DNA of 64,000 nucleotides from a bacterium (GTDB lineage Bacteria; Pseudomonadota; Alphaproteobacteria; Rickettsiales; RI-342): NCBI GenBank assembly GCA_016124905.1, contig WGMV01000011.1, positions 82,673 to 146,672 of the forward strand, read 5' to 3'. Shown piece by piece: positions 62,259 to 64,000 of this stretch (position 1 is its first letter; each line of letters starts with the position of its first letter). The notes under the pieces were generated by a model. It saw only the letters and a program-made list of their open reading frames with translations, ran no database searches and was not told where the DNA came from. The position numbers and the translations under genes were made by a program.

Positions 62259-64000
62259 TCAATGCGCATCTTCCCAGTTCCTGGCCGTTCCCACCTCAAC
62301 CAGCAGTGGCACATCCAGATTGGCCGCCTGCTGCATGCAATCCTGCACCAGCTTGCCAATGGCTTCGGCCTTTTCCTCCGGCACTTCCAGCACCAGTTCG
62401 TCATGCACCTGCAGCAGCAGGCACTGCTCCATGCCAATATCCTTCAAGGCGCGGTAGGTCGCCACCATCGCCATGCGCATGATATCCGCCGCCGTTCCCT
62501 GAATGGGCGCATTGATGGCCGCCCGCTACGCATTGGTGCGGATGCTGCCGTTGCGGTCATTGATGCCGGGCACATAGCAGCGGCGGCCATAGACGGTGCT
62601 GGCATAGCCCTTGGCGCGCGTATCGGCGATGGTGGCCTCCATATAATGCTTGATACCGGGATATTGCCGGAAATAGGCCTCGATGAACTCGGCGGCCTCC
62701 TTTCGGCCGATGCCGAGCCTCTCCGAAAGCCCAAAGGCACTCATGCCATAGATGATCCCGAAATTGATCATCTTGGCGTTGCGGCGCAGGTTACCGTCCA
62801 CCTGCTCCAGCGGCACGTTGAATATCTGCGAGGCCGTAAGCCGGTGAATATCCTCATTTCGCTTAAACGCCTCCTTCAGCGGGCCGATATTGGCCATATG
62901 CGCCAGCAGTCGCAACTCAATCTGCGAATAATCCGCCGAAATCAGCATATACCCCGGCGCGGCGACAAATGCGCTGCGGATCGCTTTTCCATCCTCCGTG
63001 CGGATGGGAATATTCTGAAGGTTCGGGTTATTGGAACTCAACCGCCCCGTGGATGTCACCGACATGTTATAGGACGTATGCACCCGCCCCGTTTTGGGGT
63101 TGATCTGCTGCGGCAGGGCTTCCGTATAGGTGTTGCAAAGCTTGGACAATTGCCGCCATGCCACGATGTCGCTGGCAATCACATGCCCCTGCGACGCCAG
63201 ATCCTCCAGAATATCCGCCCCGGTCTGATAAGCCCCGGTCTTGGTCTTCTTGCCGCCGGGAATGCCGAGCTTGTCGAACAATATCTCCCCCAGCTGCTTG
63301 GGGGATGACAGCAGGAATGTTTGCCCGGCCTGCTGATAGATGCTGCTTTCAAGCACCTGCATGCGCTTTTTAAAATCCTCTGTCAGCTCTTTCAGCCGTG
63401 CAAGGTCCACCCCCGCGCCGCGATATTCCATGGAGGTCAGAACCTCCACCAGCGGCCGTTCACAGCTTTCATAGAACCGGTTCATATGCTCGGCCTGCAG
63501 CCGCTTGTCGAACAGATGATAGAGCCGCCATGCCATGTCGGCATCCTCCGCCGCGTAGGCCAGCGCCTTATCCAGCGGCACATCGGCGAAATTCTGGCTG
63601 CCCTCGGCATTTTTAATCACCTGCTCGAACGTGATGTTCGTATGGCCGAAATGCTGCTGGCACAAATCGTCCAGCCCGTGCCGCGCGCTGATATTATCCA
63701 GCGCATACGACATCACCATCGTGTCCGCCACCGGGTGCAGATGTTCCACGCCGTAACGTTTCAGCATCAGCCAGTCATATTTCATATTATGCGCGATTTT
63801 CAGCACCGCAGGGTTTTCGAATAACGGCTTCAGCAGCGCTATGGCCTTCGCCGGTGTCAGCTGATGCACGGCGGGCTCCATTGCCAGCAGCGTGCCCTCC
63901 CCCTTTCCGCGATGGCCGACGGGGATGTAACAGGCCTCGCCTTCATCAACGGCCAGGGAAATGCCGACCAGCTCCGCTCGCATCGCATCCAGCGAGGTCG
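62259..64000 (-). pseudogene. polA: DNA polymerase I (3'-5' exo and polymerase domains; 5' part outside the window) interrupted by one in-frame TAG at 62526-62528
   Basis: ORFs 62526..63983 and 62259..62480 are in the same frame. Read through, the junction gives ...GINDRNGSIRTNA*RAAINAPIQGTAADIMRMAMV...QVHDELVLEV...DVPLLVEVGTARNWEDAH. The stop replaces the Glu of the conserved A-E-R-A-A-I-N-A-P block. Confidence 0.9.

Noticed and set aside
62259-62480. The 73-aa ORF as an independent small gene.
   Set aside because: It is the C-terminal end of polA, in the same frame as 62526-63983. Its 'start' is an internal Met downstream of the in-frame TAG.

Overview
This is a 64-kb chromosomal window from a GC-rich Gram-negative genome (roughly 60% GC by eye). 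Gene order (ppiD-like/trpE, rpmG-hemC-galU) and the look of the proteins suggest an alphaproteobacterium, but I cannot verify that here. Coding density is high and I saw no transposase, integrase, rRNA or CRISPR array.

Main content:
- **pel locus (2.6-15.9 kb, minus strand).** A Pel exopolysaccharide locus in the order pelA(hydrolase)/pelA(deacetylase)/pelB/pelD/pelE/pelF/pelG. PelA is split into two secreted proteins and there is no pelC at its canonical position. An RTX repeat protein sits directly upstream.
- **Housekeeping genes.** rpmG-hemC-galU and a TerC/CBS membrane protein.
- **Five-gene operon (24.2-30.1 kb).** Tightly coupled genes for a SAM methyltransferase, an acyl carrier protein, an FkbH-like HAD-IIIC loader, an MBOAT and a DltD/SGNH-like membrane protein. 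I read this as a Dlt-like trans-envelope acylation system with an unusual (glyceryl-type) cargo. It is my best candidate for an undescribed system.
- **Two paralogous serralysin-type RTX metalloproteases** (32.4 and 42.7 kb), with no type I secretion genes nearby.
- **EmrAB-NodT efflux operon** with a divergent LysR regulator.
- **AT-rich orphan secreted Cys-rich protein** (47.7-48.8 kb).
- **TPCP-motif (P1B-5-like) P-type ATPase** next to a glutaredoxin-MauE fusion.
- **Overlapping YqcI/YcgG + DUF1989 gene pair.**
- **mazEF module and an XRE gene** embedded in a nest of palindromic 'ATTCCrGC-N4-GCyGGAATCCAG' elements, next to tRNA-Ser(UGA).
- **Alkylation-repair genes** (tag, ogt, ada-alkA).
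- **ygaV/ygaP-like ArsR-rhodanese pair** with two matching operators.
- **polA with an in-frame TAG** inside a conserved motif.

All functional calls come from reading the translated ORFs. No database search was possible.
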